In this document: in pieces, positions 13,990 to 14,459 of the stretch | Numbering within the stretch: position 1 is the stretch's first letter | Layout of the letters: every line of letters starts with the position of its first letter | Source of the DNA: Nitrososphaeraceae archaeon | GTDB taxonomy: Archaea; Thermoproteota; Nitrososphaeria; Nitrososphaerales; Nitrososphaeraceae | Reading direction: 5' to 3' | Assembly (NCBI GenBank): GCA_051961195.1 | Contig: JBQCDO010000032.1 | Coordinates: forward strand, 1 to 14,459 | DNA length: 14,459 nt | Program-made: the position numbers and the translations under genes | The notes under the pieces: generated by a model | What the model was told of the DNA's origin: nothing | The model's database searches: none | The model's input: the letters and a program-made list of their open reading frames with translations, nothing else

Positions 13990-14459
13990 GGATTGGAGGA
14001 TTTGGTGCATCCCATGAACATTTAGATCATAAACATATACATGATTACTATTTATCGCAGGAACGACAACTTGAGGAACAAAAACGAGCAGTAGAAGAAA
14101 AGAAGATATCCAAAGGCTTAAACAATCACAAGCTTCTAATTTATACTGTAGTTGAAGTAATTGGATCTCTCGTGTTAGCTGGGATCATTATAAGTGGAGG
14201 ACTATTACCAGACATGAATAAAGGTGCTTCTCCGGTAGTTCAAACAATAACCTCTTCGCTTCCGCCTGGAGTAATTCATGGATATATGGGTCGGCCAACA
14301 GGACTGCCAACTATAGGTGCTGCAGTAATAGCTGCAGAACAACAGACTGGTTATACTGTGAATTCAATTGCTTCAATAGATGGCCAATACTTCTTTACGT
14401 TACCACAAGGAAATATGTCGTATTGGTTGCTTATCCTGATGGAACCAACAAGAAGGTAA
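13990..14459 (+). pseudogene. TM helix plus carboxypeptidase-regulatory-like (CarboxypepD_reg) domain protein, disrupted, running off the right edge
   Basis: The frame of track ORF 14172-14459 is open back to 13990 with no start codon. The GTG at 14172 falls inside a TM helix (LLIYTVVEVIGSLVLAGIIISGGLL). The segment GVIHGYMGRPTGLPTIGAAVIAAEQQTGYTVNSIASIDGQYFFTLPQG matches the CarboxypepD_reg pattern. That pattern continues as KYVVLVAYPDGTNKKV only after a 1-nt shift at the A3 run 14411-14413, and the shifted frame is open to the window end. Confidence 0.55.

Noticed and set aside
1-14459. Stop-codon reassignment (TGA or TAG read as sense) as the explanation for the many in-frame stops flanked by protein-like sequence
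   Set aside because: All three stop codons occur as interruptions. The well-conserved intact genes (PQQ dehydrogenase, cupin, HTH) contain no internal TGA/TAG/TAA, encode every Trp as TGG, and end cleanly at TAA. Many of the interrupted frames also carry frameshifts. Pseudogenisation explains the data more simply.

Overview
This is an AT-rich 14.5-kb window with unusually few intact genes. The gene style and content suggest an archaeal, probably thaumarchaeal (Nitrososphaeria-like) chromosome, but that is inference, not proof. The style clues are TATA-like boxes about 27-33 nt upstream of start codons, no obvious Shine-Dalgarno sites, and GTG/TTG starts. The content clues are BNR/Asp-box, YVTN-like, Cache, PQQ sugar dehydrogenase and cupin proteins plus tiny zinc-finger proteins. 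Confident intact genes are a PQQ-dependent sugar dehydrogenase (10807-12093), a small cupin (5128-5487), an extracytoplasmic Cache-like protein (305-1219), an exported 223-aa protein (3314-3985), an HTH protein (5949-6386), and a cluster of small membrane proteins (12500-13659). Much of the rest reads as decaying coding sequence. This includes a frameshifted thioredoxin reductase relic, a truncated BNR protein, and a roughly 240-codon frame interrupted by five in-frame stops. It also includes a gene at the right edge that is broken into three frames, and several short relics. The most unusual structure is a diverged multi-copy cassette. It consists of a roughly 160-170 bp inverted repeat pair (5680-5838 / 7555-7725) bracketing the HTH gene and the decayed gene, plus a third degraded copy at about 9400-9760. 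This may be the skeleton of an unrecognised degraded mobile or duplicated element. Also notable are two very small classical C2H2 zinc-finger ORFs, one of them below the ORF-track cutoff, and several in-frame tandem duplications of 9, 9x4 and 18 bp. I see no CRISPR array, rRNA or tRNA, and no recognisable defence or toxin system. All similarity statements come from reading the sequence by eye and need computational confirmation.
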